DNA of 64,000 nt from Balanoglossus misakiensis. Lineage: Eukaryota; Animalia; Hemichordata. Each line of letters begins with the position of its first letter. Position 1 is the first letter of the stretch. The stretch is from the NCBI GenBank assembly GCA_040954595.2, contig CM082584.2, forward strand, positions 792,281 through 856,280, in the 5' to 3' direction. Below are positions 26,132-39,183 of this stretch, piece by piece. The translations under genes were made by a program, and so were the position numbers. The notes under the pieces were generated by a model that was not told where the DNA came from, ran no database searches, and saw only the letters and a program-made list of their open reading frames with translations.

Positions 26132-29100
26132 ATTGAGCATGCGCAGTCAATACTTCACATTGTAAACAAGATGGCGTCGCTGCCTATGCTTCTGGACCGT
26201 TGTCGCCTGACTATGTCGGCAAAGAAGAGACGAATTTAACCAAGCAACGCCATATCGGAAGATAGAATGATCGCGAGATGAAACCGGGATATCGAACGAT
26301 TTGGCAGCCATGTTGATTGATTGGTAAGTCGCCGAAGTAACTATTTGCCATTGATTTGTTTACCAGAAACGGTTTGCCTTTGGAACACATTTGACCTCAC
26401 CGAAATTGATTTCAGAGTTTTTTCCCAAGAACTAATGACGTTCGTTTTCACCTTTCTGTCCCGAAGTTGCAAACGTGTTGTCTCTGAGAAAATAAATGTG
26501 ATTTGTACCCGCGATAATCATAGTTCGGATTTCAACCCACAACATCAACGCCAGCCATTCACCAACATGTGCCAGATAATGTTTATCAGTCATATTTTCT
26601 CAGTCTGAATTTACAAAAGACTAATTGTATTGTATGTACATTGCAATTTTAATATGTAACACGTTTGACCTGAGTGGGAGGATGGATTGAAGGGACACAA
26701 GCTTTTGTAGCCACTTATATTTTGACACTGTTTATATAAATGTTGAGCTGGCATATTTGTTCCCTTATGATGTAGTGTACCTGTTGCATTGAAATGAAGC
26801 TGTAATATTAAAGTGCAATTTAGTCCTTTGGTTTACTGGGAAAATGAGGTCAATAAATGACAGGTTTATTTAGATATATGATATATTTCTCACAAGCACT
26901 TATGCATATGTATGAGATACTTATTTATTTTTAATTTATGTATTTATTTTTAATTTATTTTGTACGTTCAGGTAATCATATGGATTTGTATGGAATCACA
27001 TACACATTAATTGAAGACTATCATATCACAGAAGTCGAGCCTCCACATGTGTAAGGTAACCATTTAGGTTTCATGACTAAGTTTGTTTAAGAATTCATAA
27101 AGCACGAATTCTACCTAATGAATGAATTTTCTTAGAATTTCACAACTGTGACAGGGTTTGCAGTTATGCGAAAAAGTGTTATTATTCACATACGAAACTT
27201 TTCGTATACATTTTTCTGATGGCAATGCATTTAACTTTGAACAAATATTGACGTCAGTTAGTAGTGTTATTTTGTCAGTGAAATTGCTTCATCATCATCC
27301 CTCCAACCAAAGTTGAAACTGAGTTGCAAATATTGCACAGCTTGAAATCATAAAATGTTGCAAAATTGAACCAACCGTTCGGTCAACGATTATGTTCTTA
27401 CAGCTTATATTAGAAGCAGACAGTCTCAGGGAACAAGATACATGGGCCTGATTTGCAAACTGAGTTGGAACTAACCTTGCCTGCCCATAGATGCGCCAAT
27501 TCAGTGAATCTTATCGTATTAAAAATGAATATGGAGAACTATTCTCTGTGTTGTGATTGTTAGCCTACATGTATACATATGTACCTTGAGTGATTCCACT
27601 TTCTTCAGTGTCCTGTGAATTCAGTTGCCATAACTTGCGCTTCACATAGCGCATACATGTAGGTCTAATCAATTTGGCAACTGGGTCTTACAATATTATC
27701 TGATGCCTCTTACTGGCCGAAGGACCACAAGTTGCATTTTCACATCGCATATAAATAGAAAACCCATTAATTTCTACTGTATGATTTTATTGACGATTCA
27801 ATAGTTTCATGACTGTTAGTGTTAATTACAATACCTAAATTTCCAAATGAAAGCATGCTGTCAGTTTTCATGTGATTGATATTAATTTTACAATTTCAAA
27901 ATATGCTTAGCTCTGAATGATTATGAACATATCAAACTTCATGTTAAATAAACTGTCTTGATATTGTATACATTAAGGCCTACTACCAGTGTCACAACAT
28001 TGATTTCCTGCATTTTTACTCATGCCTTCTGACCAGTCAGTTGCCTCTGTATGTGTGTATGTAGTATGTATGGATGTATGTATGTCTGTCCACATCAAAA
28101 ACTTGAAAACCCCTTCGCGTATCCCCTTGATGTTTGGTGTGTAGATGCAGGCCAGCCTGTAAATAGGATTTTGTTCATATTAAGAAGGTTGAAGTATTTT
28201 CATGATAGGTTTTATTTGATTACTCCAGAAACATACAATACAGAGTCTGTGTGGTAAGTCTTGATATTGGGTTTTTAGATGCAGGCACGCCTGTTCAAAT
28301 GAAATATGCTAATTACCTGGAGCAATGTGAAATTGATCAAAACTCAGAAACTCAACAACTGGTCAGATTGCTTTGAACATTTGTATGCATGTAGCTTATG
28401 TCACGCCTGATATACTTTCAGCTAATATCGTGAATTGTATCTAGAATTTAGTATGCTATTTCCTATAGGTAATCTTTGTTAGTATTGTTTAAATTGTGGC
28501 AAAATTTGTAATTTTTGGGAAATATAATTTTGTCATTTTTGGTCAAAAATCATTTTCTCTGAAACTCCATGTCAGGTCAGGTTGCATTTAAATTTTGGTT
28601 TGCTTGTTCCATGAGGTAACCCAAGTAATGTTGTATATCATTTTGGTGAAATTTGCATATTTGTGGTCTTGAGGCAATTTTTGCAATTTGTATTCTTTGA
28701 AACCGCATGTCAGATTGCTTTCAATTTTGGTAGGCATGTTCCTTGTGGTGATTGAAGTGAGATATTGTTGGATTTGTTGATATCTGAATTTTTGTGGTTG
28801 AGGCAGTTTTTGTCATTGTTGAAGAAATGTTGTTTTCACTGAAAATACTCCGATTCCTGTGAAATTGTATTAGGTTACCTGGTAGGTCATATCTGCTTGG
28901 CAATGTCACAGCGGTGTACACACCTATTTTTGTGTAATCCAAAGTGTGTAATAACCTAGCAAATATTTACTAGTAAATCATGTATGTTCTACTTCTTACA
29001 AGGTTGAAGTATGTTGATGTCTGGGTTAAATGGGATTCTTCAGAAACATACAATACAGAGTCTGTGGTACAGTTCATGGTCACATTCGATTACCTAGTCT

Positions 29101-30445
29101 ATATCCAGCCGTGTTCTGTCTGCTTTGCTTCCAAAAGTATCGTCTAGTGTCATGCATGCCACTTGCCCAATAATCTGACACCCCTTGCTGGGAAATTTGA
29201 TGTAACAAGTGTCCCTTAGTGAAGTTATTAACATAAACTGAACAATGTTGATTTGGCGTAAGATTATAGTGAAGGCAGGGCTTATTACATTGAAAATGCT
29301 ATCCAGCCTTAATTACACATTATGAATATCCTTTGTCCAATCATTGGAAAAACAATGTACCATAGACTTGCATAGCACTTTGAAGGTGAATCGCAAGTGG
29401 TCACTTTAATTACATTACCTCAAGCAGTCTTTTACATGTAGCTATAATAAGACAAACCTTCCCGGTGTAATTAACATCACTAGTCTGTTGTTATTAGTAT
29501 CTATCTCCGATAAGTATCAAGTCTGCCTTATGTTATTTTAAGTCAATTGTCAGGTTCATGTACATATTTTACAACTTATCTATCTTGTCAAAAACTTTCG
29601 CATGTACCTAATTCTAGGCTTACCAGTAGGGTTATAGATACAGTGTATTATATTAACATGCATTAATATGAAACTAAATGTTGATGGTTAATTAAAGACC
29701 CCCTTGAGCTATGGTAACCTCATTAAATATGTGCATATGTTATTCTAGTGGATGTGGTAACCTGGACATGGACAACTCTGGGGTCAAAATCTTTTGACAA
29801 ACTTTTGGGTGATCTTGGGTAAACTTTGACCTACATTCCTATATCTTGGCATCCGGCACAGATACATCCTTGACACTTGGAGTGATGGAACTATGTAATG
29901 GAATATTATGTCTTGCCTCATTAATTATGTACATACCTAATGCCAGCCTAACCAATAGGGCTGGAAGTCTGCCTTTTTTGGACATGATAAATTTGAGATC
30001 AACATTTTTCTACAGCAGCCAGCCTTCTCTTAAAAAGAATGGACAATATAAAGGCTTTGCTGGTATACTGAACTTTTGACTCCCTCCCTGAGACTGTGTG
30101 CCAATGACGGGATAGCCTACTCAGCGTTGGGTAGATCCTAAGAAGGCCTCAGCCAGGCATCAGATACAAAAAGCGGAAATCCAAGCTTTAATGGTGGGTT
30201 ACATCGTTAACTTCCCTGCAGAGCTGATTTCTCAGACTGTGAGCCAATGACGGGTAAAGCCCCTAGGTAGGGGCCACCTAAGACAGGCCGGTCATGCTTT
30301 AGTCACAAAGAAGGGCAAGTTCAGTCATACCATAACTTTGTCTGCTGTATATGCTTCATAATGATTGCATGGTATTTTGAGAATACATTGTCTTAAGGCA
30401 GTGTGACCAGCTAAAAAGTACTGGCAAACACAGCCAATGTGTAAT
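26132..30445. repeat. Right arm of the large inverted segmental duplication
   Basis: Reverse complement of 12802-17391. Carries an extra ~215-bp segment (~26454-26670) and lacks the 15305-15744 MITE. Confidence 0.95.
26135..27055 (+). ncRNA. Putative spliced non-coding (or micropeptide) transcript 5' region, right-arm copy
   Basis: NRF1-like GAGCATGCGCA at 26135-26145, YY1 CAAGATGGCG at 26167-26176, GTAAGT donor at 26324, and exon 26972-27055 after a T-rich tract and CAG. Confidence 0.45.
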
Positions 30446-31565
30446 AAAAAACATCTCATGTGGCTAAATAAAAGACATAAAACACAGCAAAAGCACTGTG
30501 ACTAGCTGAGACATAATACTCCATTATGCATTTCCATCACTCCAAGTGTCAAGGTTGCATCTGCTCTGGATGCCAAGATATAGTAATGTTGGTCAAGGTT
30601 TACCCAAAGTCACCCAAAGTTCTGTCAAACAATTTTGACCCCAATGTTGTCCATGTTTAGGTTTCTCCCTCCACTGGATAGCCTACAATTAGATATGCAA
30701 ATATTTAATGACGTTACCATAGATTAAGGCGGTCCTAAATAACCATGAAATTATAGTTTCATGTTAATTCTTGTTATTACAAAACACTGTATCTATAACC
30801 CTTCTGGAAGCCATACTTTGTTTCATGCTTCCCAATATGTGAAAGTAGGTAAAAAATCAGCCAAGGTTATTTGAAATTTTGCTGAAAAAAATCCGGTCCC
30901 TGACATTTGGTAAAGGGGTCAAGACACTTGGCAACAAATTTTTGTCCCAGATTAGAACATATTCATAAAAAACTCAGGGAAAGAAGGAAGTTTTTCACAG
31001 CTTTGGTGCTTCAAATAGTAGAGAGGTTCCCAAGTTATTTCAATGAAACCTTAATGTCAACATTACATCGTTAGACTCGAACTCATCTGGCATAAAGCTG
31101 CTAGTTAAAGCCCTAAGGGTTGTGCCACTTTTTCATTATTTTCATCTAAGATTTGTCAATCTAAATAAGCTTACTGCTAGGTATACATCTACATGAACAT
31201 CTTGTTGACAGACGATTGTGGCTGTAATTTAAAGAAGTCAGATATTTAACAGGTACCACACCTGTTTAATCTGCCTCTATACAAAGGGTACACATCTCTG
31301 GTGGTATGCATCACCTAGATATGACAAACATAAGCACTACAAGTAATATGGCTTTATGGTGGCGATTTTGAAGGATGTGGAGAAGATTTGAAAAACACTC
31401 TTGAGGAAAAAGATGTGTTAAATCTTTGAAATGTGTTTTATTCTTTGGTTCCCATTTCGTATATGTCTATCTACCACTGGGACCAATGTGAAATTGGTGG
31501 AAACTGGTCAAATTGCTTTAGAAATTGGTGTGTATTCATTTTGAGACCTCATTGATTTTTTTTCA

Positions 31566-31800
31566 TTTTTAGCTCACGTGAAAATCACGTGAGCTTATGG
31601 TTTAGCGATGTCTGTGTGTGTGTGTGTATGTATGTATGTGTGTGTGTGTGTCTGTCTGTATACCCGATATCTCAAGAACCGCTGAACCGATTTAAACCAA
31701 ATTTAGTACACAGGTTCAGATATCATATGGCAAGAACTGAAAAGGTTTTGGTGGGTGTGGCTTTGATATTAATGAAGTTATTTAAGTTTTAATTTTTCTA
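31566..31800. mobile_element. HINE/Helentron-type terminus
   Basis: T-run, perfect hairpin AGCTCACGTGA-AAA-TCACGTGAGCT (31571-31595), then a (TG)/(TATG)/(TCTG) microsatellite and a GATATCTCAAGAACC core. Confidence 0.7.
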
Positions 31801-34800
31801 TTACATGGTTGTCTATGTGAGCTTTCGTTAATGTCGCATATATGACCAGTGGAAACGATAGTTTGAGGAGATCGACTGTTTGAGGGCGCTGTGAAATGAG
31901 ACATTCCTGGCGATATTGCCGTTGTTCTGTCCATGCTCAGACGATGTACCCGTCGTTACGAATAACTTCCCTACGTGAATCCAAAAGGAAGCTAACGTTG
32001 TTTAGTTGCTTCATAGAGCGTAAATTGTTAATCTACAGGACCGTCAGACGAATACTCTTTTCAAATGAAGTTTGAAACTACTTACGAGTAAGTTAGTGGA
32101 GACAATATGGCGGATAGTTGGCGTGCAGCCGAATCCGCGTTATGACTATGACGTGACCCATTCATCAAGACAAACCGTAAATGATTCACGCATATTGTGG
32201 TCCTCACGCAGTCAATCTCAAAATGTCACCAGGCTTTCTATTTGTCTATTGTTCAGAGAAAAACAACGTGGCGGTTGATCACACTCAACAGTTAAATCCG
32301 TTTTGTGAGTTTATAGACAGTCTGTTATCGCCAATACTATATAGCGATTGCTAGATGGCTTACCCAATATGTGATCGAGCGAGAATGATAACATTGAATG
32401 TCTGTTCAGATCTCATTCCGTACGTCATACGTCAACATTTCGATTTCGATTTAATCCATTCATAAAGAATTTAGAGAAAGTCGTCTTGAATTGTGACCCC
32501 GACTATCAATTTTACGATGATTTTTTGGCGACAGAATACACGAGACGCCATTACATAACTACGTCAGCTGAACTTCCAAGGTTACCATTTTGTGTGTATG
32601 GAATCTTATCGCAGAGACTACGTACTTTGACAATATGCCATGCTATATCAATGACGCCCCAGAAAATTTGTCGAAGAATGAATTTGTCTTCTCATGGTGG
32701 TGCAATATATTTTAATGTCTATTTTGAGGTTGATTTTGGTTTTTGGCTAACATGTATATCAATGTCAGCTTATAGCATAAGTTGGTGTCCGTCGTCTATG
32801 TATGTCTGTATGTGTGCCTCATACAGAATTATGTATTTTGCGAATGGATCAGTTTCGTCTAAATGTATTGATGTATGTATGTGTATGTCCATCAACATCA
32901 AAAACTTGAAACTACTGATATTTAGTGTGTACATAGAAATTGTTATTGCGAAAAAATGCATACTGGTATTAATAACTCGAAAAATGTTCAAATAGTCAAA
33001 ATTGAAAAACTTAATAACAGCGGATCAGATTCAGTTAAAAATTGGCGTGCATTGGTGTGCAAGTACTATGGGAAGACCTCGTATGATTTTGTTCAGGTGG
33101 AGTCAGTATCTGGCGTTTGCTATTTTTTATGAATTTTTGGGAGAATTTTCTGTAGTTTTGTTAAAAAAATTTCTTCTCTGAAATTACATGTCCAATTGAT
33201 TGGAAACTTGGTATGGAGGTTCATAGGGCTTACCTGAATCACATTTGTGCAAACGGTGGTGAAATTTGCAAAAATGCATTTTTGGGCAATATTTCCTGTT
33301 TTTGTCAAAAAATCAAATCCTGTGAAACTGTAAGTGCAATTGTTTTGATACTTTGTATTTGGGTTTCTAGGGGTGATCTCAGTCAGATATGATCAAATTG
33401 TAAAGAAATTTGCCTAACTGTATTTTTTGGGAATTCTGCAGGGTTTGGCCAAATAGTCTTCAGTAAAACCACAAGTCCAATTGATTGGAAACTTTGAATG
33501 GGAATTCATATATGTGATATCAGTCAGATTTGTCTGAATTACCTGTTGTTTGCCAAAATGTCTTCCTTATTGAAACTTGTTAAAGAGGTTCTTAGGCATG
33601 AACAGAAATCAGATTTGTTGAAATCTGGTGAAATATTCATACTTTTTGGTATATTTCTTGCCATTTTTGATCAACGAGTTTTAGAATTCCATAGACTTAT
33701 CTTTTTATGCAGTTCAGGATGGGGTACATGACTCATAACCCCTTACAAAAATTGACAAGGCAACAATTCCACAAACATGTTTACATTTCACAATGGTGCA
33801 ACACACAACCCTTACACCATATACACTATAAACCAAATTGGTTTAACACTGGTTTTTCTAATCTTGTTATTCTGTCAACCAATCACAGTACTGCACGTGA
33901 GCATATTCAGTTAATATCTGGTTTGAAGTATATTTTTGGGGTGATTTTGGTCAAATACTCAAAAACCTCTACTCACAGTTCTTTGAAATTTGGTTTGCAG
34001 GTTCCTAGGTGTGTTATCACGACATTTTAACAAATCCTATGATGGAAGCGTCAATATAGTTTTTGTGGACAATTTTTGCCATTTTTGTTTGATTGCTTTG
34101 CAATTTTTTGTTTTGCAGTTTCCAGGGGATTTTTTTACTGTGATATATCATAAATGTTCTGAAAATGAAAAAATTGTATTTTGGGGGCATAAAAAAATTC
34201 TCAGAAAGTGCATGGTTGATCACTTTAAAAGTTTAGTTGTGAGTTAATGATATGTGCTTCTTTAGAATGATAATTGAATCAAATCATAGCTGAATTAGTT
34301 TTTTTGTTTATTTTGTTAGATATTTTTTCCGTATACCTCAAAAATTGTTATTATAAAAGAGAAATTACCATTACATAGTAGTTTGCAATTAAGGAGGACC
34401 CCCTCCCCCACTGAAAATCGTATACACCTTGATCTCTCTATGTCTGTATTCATGTCTGTATGTATGTTTTACAAATGTATGCTCCCAATAAGAGTGAAAT
34501 GATTTTTTTTATCGTAATACTTCTAAAGTGATTATTTCCTATGAGATATGCAGTCTTATTACCTAATCGTTTCTAAATTTCTACCTCATGCTGTGTATGA
34601 AAAGTCTAATATATGTCATTGTCAAGATCCCCAAAACAGGCTGATATAGTATCACATAACATTTGATAAAAGTATCCCAAACAGTTTGGCCATGTCTTCA
34701 TAACACAAAATGTGAGTGATATACTACTTGAATATTTTTGTCATGTTTTCCACTATAATAGTACTGTTTCTGTAGATATCAGATGTTTTATGTTATTTAA

Positions 34801-35049
34801 ATAACCGTGATAGACAACACATTTTAATGTAAGCCATCATGTGCAAATGTGATAGCCATGGCCGTGTAAGATACACTCCCCAATTTCACGAAATTCACAC
34901 ATGTGCTTTACCATTGTTATGCTATGTGTTTAACTGGCACACTGCAAATTTTGAAACTACGATATTGATCACAATCACACGCACACTCACAGCATGCTTT
35001 TTTGGAATAGAGGTACTAACACTATCAATTATTATTATACTTTTGAATC

Positions 35050-36582
35050 CCCAATAAAGAATATATAGAATTTAACAGGATTTATATTTGCACGCAAAGT
35101 ATAAAATTCCCTTGTGCCGTAGAAATGAAAATCTGCAACTGGTGGTCCTTCTGCCAGTAAGAAGCATCAGAAAAATTCTGCATGCTCATCGTCCAGACAA
35201 TTTTGGTATACAGAAAAAAAAACACTAGAATGACAACAGCTACATGTATGTAGGCTAGCAATAGGAACACAGATAACAATTCTCCATATTCATTTTTAAA
35301 TACGATAAGATTCGCTGAAATTGGCACATCTGTGTGCAGGCAAAGTCAGTTCCAACTCGGCTTGCAAATCGGACCAATGTCTCTTGTTCGCTGAGACTGT
35401 ATGGTTCTAGTAATAGCTGTAAGAACTTGATCATTGACCAAACTCTTGGTTCAATTTTGCAACATTTTATGATTTCAAGCTGTACATATTTAACTCCGTT
35501 TCAACTATGGTTGGAGGGATAATAATGGAGCCATTTCACTGACAAAATAGCGCTTAGGGACCATTCAGTTTTTACGGTGGGGGGAGGCTGGCAAAATCCA
35601 GGGGGTCACTTAAATTTTGAAATCCAAAAGAGGGAGTCATCTTTTTTTCAAACGTTTAGGGGGGAGGTCATATACATGTACCCACCGATGCTAACTTTGA
35701 GTGGAGTGGCAACAGTAAAATTGGTCCTTTCAAACATTGAGATAATTTGCTTTTGACTTCATTAAAATGCAACTTTGAGCTACATATTTTACAAAGTTTT
35801 CTTATGTGGAAGGGGGACATCCCCTCCCACACCCATCCCCTTATTTCTTCGCCACATATAGTGTACCAGGGCAGAATACTTGCCATCCCACCCCCACTGA
35901 TGTTAACTTTGAGTGGCAAAAGTCAAATTTGTCCTCCCCAACATTAAGTTAATTTGCCTATGAGTTCATTAAAATGCATTAATTGTATTTTACAAAATTG
36001 TCCTACGTACACCCACCCCTTCCACTTTTCTTGTTTTACCAATTCTACCAACTATTGTATTGACGTGTCCTTTTAATTTATCCATAGACTTCTTTATTGC
36101 AACGCTATACTATTATACACTTCAAATTATAAATTTCTTTAAGAAATTTAGAATTGAGGTGTGAGGAGACCCTTTATCTTTATTGCATACAGTCAGTGTA
36201 CATAAGATAAGGATGGCGAATGTTTTCAGGGTGGGAGGAGGGTCATCATATTTTGGTCCTGTCAAAGGGGGGGGGGTCATCATTTTTTTGGTCCTGGTTG
36301 AAGGGGGTGTCGGCCTGATTTTGAAAACCAATGACACAAACTTTTGCCCCCCCCCCCTCCACCAAAACTGAACAGTCCCTTACTAAAGGACGTCAATGTC
36401 TGTTTACAGTCAAATGCATTGCCATCAGAAAAAAAATGCAAACAATTTCTTATGTTTGTAGTACGCACTTTTTGTATATCTGTAAACTGTGTCTCAGCTG
36501 TGAAATTCTAAGGAAATTTGTTCCTTGGGTAGAATAAAGGATTCTTAAACAAACTTAGTCACGAAAGCTAAATGGTTACCTC
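35050..36582 (+). repeat. Third, partial direct copy of the duplicated unit (matches ~15920-16684)
   Basis: Shared blocks such as ATCTGCAACTGGTGG..TCCTTCTGCCAGTAAGAAGCATCAG and TTCTTAAACAAACTTAGTCA. Interrupted by a Harbinger-like insertion. Confidence 0.85.
35557..36379. mobile_element. PIF/Harbinger-like MITE
   Basis: TTA TSD at 35554-35556 and 36380-36382. TIR GGGACCATTCAGTTTT / AAAACTGAACAGTCCC. Absent from the paralogous site at ~16475-16490. Confidence 0.85.
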
Positions 36583-36716
36583 AGAGAAACTGTGTTAAAT
36601 TTGGTCATCATTGTTTTAAATCACACAAGACATTCCCACAGCTAAGTTACTGCAGCAGTCAGTTTCAACTCAGCTTGCAAATTGGGATCATGTCTTGTGT
36701 TCATCGAGACTGTCTG

Positions 36717-38783
36717 TAGTCGAGTTGACAGTCACTACAACTGTATTGCAAATATGGCAGGGTTGGGCAACTCTTCTAATTTGCATTTGAACACCTTTTC
36801 TGTTTGCGTCAAATGATGAATAATGTTTCGTTTTCAAGAATGCCTTAATATGGGCACCCAATACAAGACAACTGCATTGCAAATGGCATTTTCATTCAAC
36901 TCTCCTGGGTACCTAAAACAATTTCAACATGGTTGACATGGCAATATTAGACAACTGTTCTAATTTGCATAATCCAAAATGGCCGCCAAATTTCTCTAAC
37001 ATGTTAATTTCCCATATTTGTTTTAAATGGTGTGTAATATCGAATTTGCAGGGTTTCCATTAATATGGGTACCTAAAACAATTTCAACATGGTTGACATG
37101 GCAATATTAGACAACTGCTCTAATTTGCATAATTCAAACACCTGCTGGATAATTTGACTTTTGCCATTCTTGTCCCATGATTGTATGTATTATATCTCAT
37201 AACAGGCAATTAAGTGTGCTAATTGTCAAGCCAATCTTAATTCTTCATCTGCACCACAAATCAGATGCAAGGTTTAGGACTGGGAGTGTATGTGGGAGCA
37301 GCATATAGGGGCCTACAGGTATCTTTAATGGCAAGTCCTCGGTTAAAGCCAGAAGGTTTTCAGGTTGTAGGCCTCTATTGTATCTGCAACAGTTTCTATC
37401 ACCTCCATCCCACTGGCCGGCACCCGAGGGGGGGGGGGGGTACTTGAAATTTTTTCGGATGGTAGTCTGTCGCCCCAGTCGATAACATCAACACGTGTAA
37501 ATGCCCAAAACCCGACCTATTTGTATTATAAGTCAAATTTTCTGGTCATTTACCCCAAGTTTTTCTTAAAGACTACATACCTATACACCTTTGTATGGGA
37601 GAACACATCCCCCACCCCCCTGCCAACACTAATTGGACAACTTTATTCTTGTTATACTTCTTTATAAGTCTAAATGTTCAGTAAGAAAAGGCAACAAGTT
37701 ATTGAAGCTGCTGACCATGGAAACTATGATGAAGTATATTTTTTTCCTAGCTGTACATGTACAGTATAATTGGCCCAATGTACCAATTGGAGATGTGTGC
37801 CTTACAAGCAACACAGGTTGTATATCCAAGCCTTGTCTGTTGGCACTATGAAGGGTATTGGAAGAATGTCTCTGCTGGCCACTTTGGCCAGCCACTTTTG
37901 GCCAGCAGACTATCAAAAGGGTCAAGAAAATAGCCCTAAAAGGTATGGCGCTGTATGCAAATCTAGTGCAGGAGTGGATTGATACATTTCCCATCACTGT
38001 ACATGCATCATCCTGTATGGATGATATGTACTCTAGCATTATGCACCAGATAAAAATGGTCAAAATTGCAAAAAAAGGAGATGAAACTCCCACTGGCCTT
38101 TAACGCAATCCATAGATAAAGAGACAACATGTTCAGGCATTGGATCTAAACATGGTGGATACTGACGAGGGTGTGGTGAATGATGGTGAATCCCTGGATG
38201 TTTTGAGGTCGGAATTCTGAAAAGGATTCCCATCGTGAGATTGAGGAACAGGATGATGCAGAGGGGCTGGCTCTTTGTGACTCCTATCAGTGGGGATAGA
38301 CATATATTTGGGATACAGAGGTTGCACTTCCTTGCTTCATGATTAGTACGGTAACACTGCCAAATTTGCAACACAGTTGTATTGTTAAAGGTACCCATAT
38401 GAATGTGCTAATCCTGAAAATACGATATTGCGCATCATTTTGGGAAACATGGCAAAATTTCACTTTTAGTGGTGATTGGCGGCCATTTTTGATTATGCAA
38501 AATAGAAAAGTTGCCAAACACTGCCATATTTGCAATACATAACCAATATGGATGCAAATCCTGAAATTTTAGATATTACACATAATTTTGAGAAAAAAGG
38601 GCCAAGTTTTATTTTAGAGAAGGTATTTGGCGGCCATTTTTGATCATGCATATTAGAAGAATTGTCCAACATTGCCATTTTGGCAACTCAGCTGGAATAG
38701 GTCTAGGCTCCCATATGAATGCCAATAAGCAAAAAACTTCATAGGAAAGAAAATTTCTTGGTAGGAAAATTTTGACTCAACTT
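36717..38783. mobile_element. Academ-like non-autonomous DNA transposon
   Basis: Interrupts a fourth partial copy of the duplicated unit (ACTGTCTG|GTTCTAATAAT, compare 16321-16339). CTG TSD, termini TAGTCGAGTTGA / TTGACTCAACTT, and repeated AAAATGGCCGCC / GGCGGCCATTTT motifs in inverted orientation. Confidence 0.65.
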
Positions 38784-39183
38784 CTGGTTCTAATAATAGG
38801 TGTAAGGATGTGATCGTTTGATTTTGCAACATTTTACAATTTCAAGCTGTGTGTATTTAACTCTGGTGCAATTCTGGTTGGAGAGACAAATGGCTTAAGC
38901 CATTTAATTGAAAATATAGCACAACTTCACCAGGGTTGTGCAGTACCTTTGACAACGCTTTGAACAATGTTGCAAAAAGCTTTGTGTTGAAGCTTGCTAC
39001 AAGACTTGGCGTGCTGAAGCCTCTTATACTAGTCTTAGTTGAACCTCAGCTGTAACTACGTTTGTGAAACCTTAACATTCAAATCTTTGGCCTAAGTTAG
39101 GGTTGCAAAGCTTCTTCAAAGTTTTGTGAACCTCAACAATGCTTTTCTATAGAAACCTTTAAACATGCGGGGGGGGGGGGGGA

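Noticed and set aside
12802-30445. Single giant foldback transposon with 4.5-kb TIRs
   Set aside because: No TSD at the outer ends and no transposase in the spacer. The arms are themselves mosaics of smaller repeats.
37633-38678. Transposase ORF inside the Academ-like element
   Set aside because: Only short ORFs without recognisable catalytic motifs.
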